A stretch of 61,728 nucleotides of DNA, counting the filler, from Rhabdomonas costata (taxonomy: Eukaryota): the NCBI GenBank assembly GCA_019059605.1. It is 25 parts of 25 records of this genome, joined end to end, with 100 filler letters (N's around TTAATTAATTAA, not from the genome) between each part and the next. Parts side by side here need not be neighbours in the genome. Positions count along the whole stretch, not along the records: positions 49,484 to 51,850 come from JAHMHO010003755.1; positions 51,951 to 54,319 come from JAHMHO010003756.1; positions 54,420 to 56,794 come from JAHMHO010003757.1; positions 56,895 to 59,259 come from JAHMHO010003758.1; positions 59,360 to 61,728 come from JAHMHO010003759.1; 20 more parts are not named here. The stretch is one strand, 5' to 3'. The position numbers and the translations under genes were made by a program. The notes below the pieces were generated by a model. The model searched no databases. It was not told where the DNA came from and saw only the letters and a list, made by a program, of their open reading frames with translations. Positions 50,926-61,728 of this stretch are shown here, piece after piece; position 1 is the stretch's first letter; each line of letters starts with the position of its first letter.

Positions 50926-51850
50926 TTAGAACTTCTCGTGAAGGATCTCAATTCCGTCCCACTCCACCGAGGGGGGGTCCAGCAGGTAGTGCTGGCAGGC
51001 CGCGCGAAGCTCTTGCGCAGCCAGACCTCCACGGTTGTACCTAACCCAACGACAGATAGCGTGACATGCAGTATGAACCACGACCAGCCACAGAGTATGA
51101 GAGGTTCAGTGGAAAGACAGAACGTGAACGTTAGTATTCGCAGGGAAATTAAAGCACATTACACCGTAAGGTAAGAACTTGCGATTTGGTGGTAAAAACA
51201 GAATATCCAACGCCGAAAAAGGCGAACATGTGAAAGTCACCAAGAAAAAACTTCATATCGGAATTCGGTGCGCACTGTTGGGGTGTTACTTGCTTTTATT
51301 TCCGAATTGGTCCAACAAAAGCAACCATGCATCGCATCTTTTCCTCGCGCCACTATGCCACCCAAATATATATAATACAATTGATGGAAAAATGAATAAT
51401 CATCTACATGTGAGCCACATTCAAAGTAAAATGACAACACAAATTGACAAATCGCCAACGACTTGCGCAGATGGCTTGCATGAAGTGCACGAGCACGAAA
51501 AAGGAGAGTTTAACGCTGGTTCCGACCACAGAGAAAAATTCCACCGTCCAACTTCTGCAGCACTTCTATTTCCACCAACAAGACATCAGGCCCCTTCTTT
51601 CCGGTACATTCTAACCAGGGACTACCAGCCGGGGATTGCGTGCATGAAAGAAGACATTACAACGAAAACGCAAAAGGAGACTTTAAACAAATGCACAGGT
51701 AGAAAAGCCTCCGAAGCTCCAATTTTAACCACATTTTCATCTTATGAAATTTGACCCCTCTTCCCAAAGCATACTCCGCAAGGGAGGACAGCGCCAGCCC
51801 GAAGTCCCGGTTCAGGAAGGACCACACCGCGCTCGTGTACACCACCACAA
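50926..51850 (-). CDS. C-terminal two exons (51775-51850, 50926-51040) of an adenylate/guanylate-cyclase-type protein
   Basis: YTSAVWSFLNRDF...E|YNR...ACQHYLLDPPSVEWDGIEILHEKF* matches the helical PPxxWDGV...EK tail of bacterial-type class III cyclases. Phase-2 GT-AG intron. Confidence 0.7.
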
Positions 51851-52222
51851 NNNNNNNNNNNNNNNNNNNNNNNNNNNNNNNNNNNNNNNNNNNNTTAATT
51901 AATTAANNNNNNNNNNNNNNNNNNNNNNNNNNNNNNNNNNNNNNNNNNNNGGTGTTTTTGTTTGCGTAACCATGTGCGGCCAACGCGCGCGCACGATCCG
52001 CCCTTCCAGACCAGCCCAAAATTCCGCAATCCGGATCCAAGTGGAAGTAACGCCCGCGGCAAAGGAAATTCCACGACTGGCTCCGGCCCACCCGTACCAA
52101 ACCGTTGACCAGCGGTGGGCGGTGGTCGGGGACCAGCTGAACACCTTCTTTCTTCCCGTTTGAAGCCTCCTCGCACCGCGCTTCTCTTGCGCTGCCTCCT
52201 CGACCGATGGCGTGTTCTATGA

Positions 52223-52281
52223 ATGGCCGCCATCCGGGACCGGACGGATGTCACCGGCGAAACCTCGAAAGCGCACATACG
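52223..52281 (+). CDS. Possible first coding exon of an unknown gene
   Basis: ATG GCC GCC... (MAAIRDRTDVTGETSKAHIR) ends at a consensus GTAAG donor. Confidence 0.35.
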
Positions 52282-54419
52282 GTAAGAAGCAAGGCAAGGA
52301 TCGTGGCGCAACATGTGTGGAAAATACCCACGCCCTCCATCGCCAGCGCATGCCGTATCCCACGCTCCTGGCATTTAGACTTGTAGACTTCGATCGGGCT
52401 CATCGGGCTCACCGATTTGGCGCGGTTCATAGTCACGCGTTGTTGGCGCAAAAACGCCACAATCCGAGAGCCACGCGGCCATCGGAGAGAACGCCAAGAT
52501 TTGCAGCGCCCATTGGTTGGCTATGGCACACGGTATCTCTGCCCTTTGCCTGATAATATTGGTAATGTTACGGGCCGATTTTTGGCCAAAATCATACAAT
52601 GAGTACGAGGTAAAACTTTGGACCTCATAGCCGCCATTTGATAACAAATCTCACTACAGAGGCTTCAAGACACACATACTTCCACTAATCCATGGCGGGG
52701 CCTACTCTGCCGAAGTGATTTCCACCAAATGGCTGGCATGTCTCCTAAAGTTCTGGGACCGCGTTTTGCAGACTGTAAAAAAAACCCGAGTAATTAAGCT
52801 AGGTCAATACAGACGCGTATTGAGTTTGAAATATGACATTTAACACGAGGTAATAGAGTGCAATATTTAGTACAAAATTTGTGATCAAAGTTTGTTACCT
52901 TGAATAAAATATGCCCAGAACTCTTTTATAGGGCTTTATGTGAGCCTTTTTATACTACACTGTCATTACCAGCCGAAGATGTTTAACACAGGCGCGTTTT
53001 TTCAGTTTCTTCAAGCATCTAAGTGACAATCCTATACCCAAAAACAAAACATTTGATGATGATAATGTGAGTTCCGCTTGTAATGAGTGCAATTGGTGTG
53101 GTTAATTACTATTACTATTGCTATATTGCACCATCTGGCCACAAACGTTGCCCAACTCAACTAGCAGACAAAAAGCTACGTTTAAAGTAATACAGAGCAA
53201 AAAATTATTAACACTGTTGCGTGTAAAAAACTATTTAACCTGCCACAAAGTGCCATAATGAATTTTAAACGCCAAATAACAAAAAACGAGAGTTCTGTGA
53301 AAAACAACTTACACAGCAGAGGCGCAAGACAACAAGTGAGACAAATATGAGAGGAAGATCAAGAAGTATTTGATTTCATAATGGTTCCATGAGGATATTG
53401 AACTCAGACACGCAAGACAAAACCCCATCAATAAAAAGAATGTAAATGGCCGGAAATTAAATAAGATCAAGTAAAACATGAAGAAGAAGAGATAGAGCGC
53501 ACGTAATTAAACACTGACAGAAAAAATGAAATGAATCACCAGAAATGTGCCTTCTATTTATATATTGAAAACGTGGTTTGATTTGGTTTCGTTTGTTGGT
53601 GTGGCATATAATTTATATACTTTGAAGCTGTTTGAAGTGACTTGTAGTTTGAATTAGAATGCTTTGTAGTGATAATTTTGAAGAATAAAGGAGGACATTA
53701 TTCATATATGTGTTGTTATGACAAGTCCCAATCTCTGTTCCTGTTGCTGAAAACAATTACCTGTGGCTAATTTGTGGAAGAGATATAATATTAAAAGAAG
53801 CAACATCCAGGTGCATGGAAATGACACATCCTCTGTTGTACAGTTGTAAAGTTGAGTTAAAAGCTCTGTGAGGTAGAGAAGTATTGGAATTGCTACAGGA
53901 TCTAAGTATGCAACGTTTCACGTATACAATTATGTTCTTATCAAATATGTTAAAAATATGTACAGATGTACATTGGAATCTTTTTAACTGGAATATCCAG
54001 ACGAGATCCAAAGAGTCATGATAGCTGACCATTTTTGTACATAAGGACTTACATAACGACATAACTATACGCGACCATAACATTCGCCCATTGAACCACT
54101 CATGATCTTCCTTTCTTGTGGAAGAATACTTCCATCTATTTATACGTCTGGCTGGCGAACGCTTTGGCACGGAATATTCTGATTTCTCTCTGTTTTTTAT
54201 TCTGTGAAATTATAGTAATTGAGCCCATTCTTCTTTCTGGAGCCATACCATTTTTGTGGCTCTTGTTGTGTACATTGACGTTTCAGTTTATGTGTGCTCT
54301 ATCCAGTTGACCCAACCCCNNNNNNNNNNNNNNNNNNNNNNNNNNNNNNNNNNNNNNNNNNNNTTAATTAATTAANNNNNNNNNNNNNNNNNNNNNNNNN
54401 NNNNNNNNNNNNNNNNNNN

Positions 54420-56794
54420 AGAGCAGGCGCGCAGAGCCCCAATGGTGAGATTCAACGCCATCTAGCGAGGAGATAAAGCCAGAGGCGTCGCAACAGAGGT
54501 CGCGTGGTAGCAGAGCAAGCGCGATATAGCAGGGGAGGGATACAGGCTAAAGTAATCCACCTCAGCAGGTGGTACAAGGCCTTCAGAAGAGCGTGTAGCG
54601 CCCCACCCAGCTAAATCTCTGTGTGAGTGTGTGTGCTTCCCCTGAACCGGGTGATTTTCCACCAGTTCAGCGCAAAACGTCTCTTTGGTTGATCGAGATA
54701 TATTGGAATTGTGTTTCCTTTTCGGTTAAAGGATGTCAGGCTAAACACTACACCCCCGCCAGCTAAACCAGCATCTGCCCAGCCATTGGAGGCCACGTTT
54801 TTGGCACAGATGGTGTCCTTCTTCCAGCAGATGGAGCAACAGCAGCGTGCAAACCATCAGCTGACACAAGAGTTACTGCAGAGGGTTACTGGAGGATTTC
54901 CGATCAGTTCCTCTTCACCAGCACCGGCGGCAGCAGCCGGACAGACAGACTCAATTGGAGGCGTGTTGCAGAAGCTTCAAGAAAAAGACCCGGAGTTCCA
55001 GAAATACGACGGGAACGCAGCCAATTTCTTGGATTGGTTGATTTGTGTCAAAGAGCTAAAAGATGTCCAGAGGTTTCCAGATCAAGTTGCTATAGTTTAC
55101 GCCACTGGAGAACTTGGCTCCTTCGCAAGAGGTATAGTGGCGCCAGGTCAGACCTTTGTGTACTGGAAAGATTTTGTGGAAAAGTTAAAGAAAATGTTGT
55201 GTCATCAGACTTGGGAACAGCTAAAGAGGACGGACGGGAATTTCCAGTTCTACCACAAGTTTGTGACGTAAATCAACCTGCTAAAGGGCACGATGTTTGA
55301 CAACGAGCCGCTGAAGAAGTATTTGCTAGTTCGAGGCTTGGAAGGAGATATACAAGCTAAAGTGATGTCCAAGCACCCACGGAAGCTGCACGAGGCCATG
55401 GAATTAGCGTGGGAGTATTTTCGGAAACCAAGACACCCGTCCCAAGTTATATTGGCAGTTCCTGAAGATCAGCTACACAGGAATGTCGCAGCGGGTGGAT
55501 CTTCTATGGATTTAGATGCTATACGTTACGGGAGATAAAAGCTTACGAGGATAAAGGAAATCCTCGATGCGCATGTGCACGCGTATATTGAGTTTTTGTT
55601 CAGCGAGGATCGGCGAGGTCACGATCCTGCAGAATGGAGGAATTTGAAGACAAGTGGATGGAGGATTAAAAGAGAAACAAGTCGGTGCTCTTCAACACCA
55701 ATTTAAAGAGATTAGATCCCAATAAAAGTTGCAGCTAAAAGGTCTGGAAAACGACGTCTGACGTCGGATGTTTTTTGGTTGAGTTAAAATTGTGTTTACT
55801 TTGGTTCTCGTGGTGTTTTTAGGTTGTAAATAGAACGCTGTTTACCTATCTTACAGGTAGCAGCTAAAAAGCTCAGCGGAGCGAGTCTAAAGCAAGGTAG
55901 AGGCGAGTCATGGCTAAAAGGTTGAGAGCTGAACCTTCTCACTTCCCCTGTGCTGTGCTCTGGTGCCGTTCCCTTCTTGCTTGCCTTGTTTTTGGGTGGG
56001 AAAGGCGTAAGCGGACGGATGGGTAGAGGCAAGACCTCCAGGATCCCACCTCCAAGCGGAACCATCAAAAGCAAAGGCCTTTGAAACGAGCAGCCAGCAG
56101 AAGCAACAGCAAGAGAAGTCCAGCTAAACCACCCGCTTTGCCAAAGACACCGGCCCCACCTCAGCTAAAGAGCCCCCGCACCCAGCTAGAGCAAGCAAGC
56201 GCGGAGCCGAAGAGCCCGACGCCACACACACCCAAGCCAGAAGACAAGGATATATTCACGCCGCGGCGACAGACCTCAGCGCACAAAGTGAGGAATCCAG
56301 ACCTGGATCTGGATAAACTCAGCCTGGTTCTGTCTGTTTCCACACAGGTAAACCGCGGCAGCGCCCACTTAGTGCAAGCTAAGTCGGGATACAGGCCCCC
56401 TGAGCCACGAACACCCGCAAGAGGTAGGAGGCACGTAAGAGGCTCGGCTGATAGACGGCGTGTGACAGGTGGTAGCAGAAGATTGTTAAATATACACAGA
56501 AAGTGTTCAAGAGAATTACCACCTTGACATGTGGTAGCAGATGATTGCTGAAGATCCAGAGCGCAGTGTTTGAGAAAAGTACCACCTTGACAGGTGGTAG
56601 CGGAGAATTATTTTTACAGAGGAGGAAGATCCTACAGCATCCAAGGAGCCCGTCTAAATCCCCGCCAAGAGCAGGCGCGCAGAGCCCCAATGGTGAGATT
56701 CAACGCCATCTAGCGAGGAGATAAAGCCAGAGGCGTCGCAACCGAGGTCGCGTGGTAGCAGAGCAAGCGCGATATAGCAGGGGAGGGATACAGG
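54420..56794 (+). mobile_element. Gag-only Ty3/Gypsy-like retroelement unit on a terminally redundant contig
   Basis: 127-nt direct repeat at both ends (54420-54546 / 56668-56794, one mismatch). Contains gag but no recognisable protease, RT or integrase. Confidence 0.75.
54810..55538 (+). pseudogene. Retrotransposon gag (Ty3/Gypsy capsid-like), interrupted
   Basis: PEFQKYDG...DWL...WKDFVEKLKK, a stop at 55269-55271, then LVRGLEGDIQAKV...PRKLHEAMELA...MDLDAI. Confidence 0.8.
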
Positions 56795-57187
56795 NNNNNN
56801 NNNNNNNNNNNNNNNNNNNNNNNNNNNNNNNNNNNNNNTTAATTAATTAANNNNNNNNNNNNNNNNNNNNNNNNNNNNNNNNNNNNNNNNNNNNTGTGGT
56901 TGTGCAGACAGGCTGCAGATCCGATTCACATACGCCCCAGTGTAGGAGCAGCAGGGGGCCAGGGGCGTGAATTAACGATGAACAGAAAATGTCCCTCACA
57001 TACACAAACACGCGCGCTGCCTGGTTGCTCAAAGGACAAGAAGGACCACACAGCACTGTTGGAAGCCGTGAATATTGATCACAGAAGATCACTGTCCCCC
57101 ACTTCCCCACGGGTCCCCAGGCGTAAATATTTGGCGAAAGTACACTTGCTCGCGCACGCTCACTCATGTGCCGCAAACAGAACAAAC

Positions 57188-58904
57188 CAATCTGGCAGTT
57201 GATGAAGACCCAGATGTGATTCTTTATCACCGCCTTGCTCGTCTCGATTTTCTGGGCAAAGGGCGCAGGGACAAAGGTTCACCCAAATCACCACAATCAC
57301 GCAGCACTACAAACTTGAAAAACAAAAATATGGGGTTGGTCTTAGGCGCGCCCATGCCTTCTTCTTCAGCTTCTCTACCAGGCGGTCGACGATTTGCCCC
57401 ACAATCGCCTCTACATGCTTGCCCCCCTTGAAGGTCCATATGGAGTTCACAAAGCTGACGTGCTGAAACTGCAAACAAGAACGTACCACGGTCGAAGGTC
57501 CAAAAGAGGAACACAAATAGAAATAATCGACAAAGCCAAAGTGTTCCAAAACAGCCGTGCACTTTCCTCTTACCTCTTACGTCGCGCGCGCGCGCTTGAG
57601 TGAGACGGGACAACCAGAAAGAAAAATAAGTCCCCTGAAACATGAATTGAGAGCACGAGATTAACTCCCCTGGACATCGTTGCAGGATTTCACCATCACA
57701 TTGCAGAAAGATTCAAAGCAAAATTCCCAAAACCAGCGCAGAAGATTTTTGCCAGATCCGAAGTGGGTGATCAACTAGCCCTCCAAACAACCACGGAAGG
57801 GTCGGAAGCTTCCGCTGCTTTATGGATGTATCAGGCGGGGTTGTCAATTAGACAACTGGACTCCGATGATCAATTGATCATCAGCGGGCGTCCACCGATG
57901 TGAAGGAGTGAATCAACAACTGGCAGCAAGTGCAGCGGCCACCACCATCCACGTTTGTTCAGGTGAAATTTCTGAGCATTGCATGATTTCGGACGGTCGT
58001 GGGTGACTTGGAGCAGGATTTGCTGTTCAAGCGAAGCAGTAGATGCGTCCCAGGATACCCCAATGCTGCTGCTCGTCGCACAAATCATCCAGCGGTCGTT
58101 GATCTTCTCGATCAGCTTCTTCTGGCTTGTGTCCCCAATGGGGTACAGCTCGCAGTACTGCTTAAACCCAGACACGGGAAGCATCTCCCCGTTGAGTTGC
58201 ACCTGCACCACCCACCCACCCACGTTGTACACCTGTATGCCACATGGACCAAATACAAGTTTCGTTCCTGGGATGAATTCAAAAAAGGATTGAAGGTGTT
58301 AGCCAAACTCCCCAACACGCAACATGAAAACAAAAGCAAAAAGAGCAATGCCAGCCGATTCCGACCGCCTCGTCGTCAGAGGGCAACGTGTGAAACCCGT
58401 TTCAACGGATTTCCAGTGCGCTCCGAAAAAAAGGCCAATGGAGAGCAGCGGAGGTGGGGGGAATGCCTTCAGCTTTTCTGTTGTCCCGGCCAAGTCCCAA
58501 GCCCTTTTCTTCATGAGGGCCACGATGTCATCCTCCAGCGTGGTCATTCTGAACTTCCGCAGATCAGGCTGTGAGCAGCGCGGACCATGCGAAAAACAGC
58601 GAACGGAACTGCAAACAGAAGCCTTGTTGTAGATAAGACTGTGGGTCGGCGAATGCTTTGCCGTCCGGTGACCTTCTCGTACGTGACATTTCGAGAATCG
58701 CAGAACAAGGCAAATGGAGATACCCCATGCTCAACACTGCAGAACATGGGACAGGAAAGGGGGTTGTTGTCTTGAATGTGACCCGAGTGTAGTCCTTTTC
58801 GGAAGATTTCTTGATCGTGTGAGGAAGGGAGACGGTCATGTTATCCCTCCAGGTCTTGCTGAATACCATCCCAGCCTTCCCGTCGCATGTCTCCACCGTA
58901 AACT
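57188..58904 (-). CDS. TOP2: DNA topoisomerase II ATPase/transducer region, 5 exons (58771-58904, 58467-58568, 58059-58202, 57358-57468, 57188-57251)
   Basis: EFTVET...TWRDNM...DYTRVTFK|PDLRKF...DDIVALMKKRAWDLAG...K|VQLNGE...RW...|FQHVSFVNSIWTFKGGKHV...|IKNHIWVFINCQI. Confidence 0.95.
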
Positions 58905-59846
58905 CTGCGTGAATGAAAAGGAGTAATGTCCGTGAGATCTCCTTGAGATGATGTCGAGTCGAGTAGAAAAATCACACAAGCAAAAGCAACAAATCCAAGT
59001 AGCACTTTTGCTAACTCTATCACCGCTATCGCTTCATCGCATGAAGGAGCTCGCCGGGCGGAGAAGGAGGAGTGATTTTCCACTGCGAGTGGCGTGCTTC
59101 TCAACGATATATTTGGGGGAGGAGAGACGTTTTCGAGTTTGCATTCGATCCCCCTCAGCCTGGTGGAAGGTGTGACTTAACGCCTTCTCCTCTGTTTGTC
59201 CTATCCTTTTTCTTCCCCTCGTACGGCCCAAGAGCGTTTTAACAACCACCCCACCAACANNNNNNNNNNNNNNNNNNNNNNNNNNNNNNNNNNNNNNNNN
59301 NNNTTAATTAATTAANNNNNNNNNNNNNNNNNNNNNNNNNNNNNNNNNNNNNNNNNNNNGTTGGTGTTTCACTAATGACGACCCTCTTTTCTCCTTTTGC
59401 TTTCGCGTGCGCGCTTGAGTGAGACGATAGCGCAACATCACTGAAAAAGTGGGCAAAAACACAGCAACGAGATGAAAGGATGCGAGGAGGAAAAAGGTAC
59501 GGGGATCGACGCGATTCAGTGACTAAGGTTAAGGGACGAATCAAAAACAGGACAGTGGAAGCCGCTCCAGTGAAAAGGGAAAGTGCAAGCTCACCGGGGA
59601 GACTGGCCGTTGACTTCCAGGACGGTGAGCAAGAGGTTCAGTGACAGGGAAGCCGAGCGGGACATGCCGCCGCCAGGGATGTTCCCTTGTAAGCGAAGGA
59701 AGTGAACTCGAATCCGATAGCAAAACGAGACTTAGAAGCGAGGACCAAAACCAACCAACCCTGCGGCTGAAGAAAGACGCAGCGCCATTTGGCTGCGGTA
59801 AGACCGAGATTCCTGCATGCACCACCTCAATACAAAATACGCACAC

Positions 59847-60960
59847 GCCAACTGAACATTACCGTAAATCACCGCGTCGAAGCCTCGGGAGAGGTGAAAC
59901 CCCGCCTTGCGCAGGACGTACACCACGCCGTAGGGAAAGCGAGCCCATGTGCCGGCTATCGCCGGGTCACGGGGCTCCGGGATCTTGGAGTACGGGAAGC
60001 ACACCAACCCGTCTTCAGGATAATTGAAGCTCACCTGCGCATCAGAGAGGGAAGTCCCTCACTGTATATTTATCGGTCGTTGTCTCACTTTAGTTTTATC
60101 ATTGGTGCCTTGTGGATTAGAACCGAATGGATGCGAACGGATACGGGCAGCACCGCAAATGAGGATTCCAGAATGCAGATAACACTCTGATGCGATGCTA
60201 TTCTCTGGGACAACGGTCAAGTTAGAATCTAGTCAAAAGGCTCAAAGGCTTTGCAGTGGAAAACGATAAAAAACAGCTGAAAGTTCAATGTTGTTCTTAA
60301 AGTTGTAACGTCAGCTTCATACAGAAGGCGAACGCAAAACTCACTTGCACAACCCATGCCCCCCACCAACAGAAAGGAAGTGGCACGGAACAGCGCTCGT
60401 GTGGGCAACCCACGTTAAAGTGAGGTGGGACACACCGTAAAAGTGCGAAAGTCTATTATCGGGTGACATGGCACACCATCCGGAGAAGGCCCAATTCATT
60501 CGGCTTGTATCCCACCCAGATGAAACGGTCCGTCGCCACCCCCAGCAGCTCTGTACCATTGTAATCCCTAAAAAGAGAAGAAAAATCACCCCATGCACTC
60601 CGATTCGATTTGCTCCAAGTGGATCCTGCTCAGCGCACCGCATGTCTCCTATCCGCAGGGGCAGAGCAACAGCTTATTAAACGACCAACTCTTGCAACTG
60701 AAATACCAACGCAACATCACGATAGGACTGCGATGCAACTAGCGATGCAACTAGCGATGCAACTAGCGATGCAACTAATGCTTTCATCTTTGTGGAGCAG
60801 GCGTCAGAAAGGTCCGAGAACTTAACACCCACGGTCACAAACGCGACGAGTGAATTCCTGCGCGTTGCGACATGAAAGAAAAGGAAAAGCGAGGACCCAT
60901 GTTCCACTCCCAGACACATCCGGGACGATGTCCGCATAAGGGGTTGAAAAATCTTCCAGC
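59847..60960 (-). CDS. Galactokinase-like GHMP kinase N-terminal part, exons about 60897-60960, 60477-60567, about 59847-60034
   Basis: RTSSRMCLGVEHG|DYNGTELLGVATDR...LRM|VSFNY...WARFPYGVV...GFDAVIYGNV corresponds to GRVNLIGEHxDYN...WxxYxxGV...GFD...GNVP. Introns are in phase. Confidence 0.85.
60730..60777. repeat. 12-bp tandem repeat (GCGATGCAACTA) x4 in an intron
   Basis: Directly visible. Confidence 0.95.
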
Positions 60961-61067
60961 CAAACCACCATACCGTCATGCGCAAATCCAGGGTGTGAAG
61001 TTGCAAGTGGTGGACGCCACATATGAAACAGGAAGCAATAGCTCACCAGCTTGGAAAGTGTCCATAC

Positions 61068-61294
61068 TTCACGAAAGCGTTTGCAGATATCCCAACAGAG
61101 AACGTGGTCCAGTTCAGAAATCTCCTGAATCCCAGCTGCTGGGCCACGTCGTCGCTGATCAGAACAGGTACGCACTGGCAGCTCACGGCGAAGTAGATAC
61201 GGCTGGTGGTGGGCGTGTCCCCGGCTGGGCACAGGCAGAACTGTGAGCGGGCGCATTGCTCCGCGCTCCATTTCCACAGGTTCCGGAAGCCCGG
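61068..61294 (-). CDS. Exostosin/GT47 glycosyltransferase exon (probable 1-nt frameshift near 61250)
   Basis: SQFCLCPAGDTPTTSRIYFAVSCQCVPVLISD...LNWTTFSV is the GT47 signature. AACAG acceptor and GTATGG donor. Confidence 0.85.
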
Positions 61295-61728
61295 CTGTTT
61301 GCCGGCGCACGGAACGGGCGTGAGTACGGGGAGGGGGACGAGGAAAGATTGATGACTCAAGACAGCAAAATTGTCGGTTTTTCATTCAAGGGTGGAGCAG
61401 TTGCTTGGGTTGTTGAAAAAAACGGACGCCCCAGCATCCCATTGCTAGTATGTCACAGTTATGGGCGAGCAGAGGCATATGCCAGCCAGTTCAGCTCGTT
61501 TGCATGGGGAGACAGCCCTGTTCACTCTCCAGCCTCGTCCAAATGTGTGCAAAACGAATGACAAGACCCCCTCCCTCACACACACACACAAAGAAATGCA
61601 GGCAAAAAACAGCAAGGTACCGGAGGAGCAGGTGCTCCAATTGTCAAGTTCAGGCTAGAAAAGTGCAGCACAGCCCCGGTAAGATTTGTCAGCCTGAGCA
61701 ATGTCGATGTCGATGGCAACACACCACC

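Noticed and set aside
53757-54300. Decayed pogo/DDE_1 transposase (MHLDVASF resembling QPLDV)
   Set aside because: One weak motif in stop-riddled AT-rich sequence is not enough.
56461-56605. CRISPR-like array of palindromic repeats
   Set aside because: Only three units, the spacers resemble one another, there are no cas genes, and the context is a eukaryotic retroelement.
1-61728. rRNA, tRNA or spliced-leader RNA genes
   Set aside because: None recognised by eye. A covariance-model search would be needed to exclude them.

Overview
This window is not a contiguous locus. It is 25 unrelated contigs of about 2.37 kb joined by 100-nt linkers (N44-TTAATTAATTAA-N44). Most contigs come from an intron-rich eukaryote with GC-rich exons and GT-AG/GC-AG introns of about 100-900 nt. 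A euglenozoan or euglenid-like host is my inference from gene content and splice sites. Splicing by eye recovers fragments of topoisomerase II, APC7, an ABC1 kinase, a galactokinase-like GHMP kinase, a GT47 glycosyltransferase, a J-domain protein, ClpB/Hsp100, an OYE-family oxidoreductase, two nucleotide-cyclase genes, a WDR26-like WD40 protein, an IPT/TIG surface protein, a methyltransferase and a VWA protein. Mobile DNA includes a Merlin/IS1595 transposase, a gag-only Ty3/Gypsy-like unit and several inverted repeats. One very AT-rich, intronless contig (2474-4846) looks like a Polinton-like virus or virophage, with a tyrosine recombinase and an AEP primase. The best novelty candidate is a two-exon UPF0728/C10orf53-family gene (15523-16950). 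Its in-frame TGA sits exactly at the family's Cys (YGPYMN*G vs YGPYxSCG), so it may be an undescribed selenoprotein. G/T-only contig tails and scattered single-base lesions suggest whole-genome-amplified material, so any single-base claim needs read-level confirmation. All family assignments are motif recognition from memory, not database searches.
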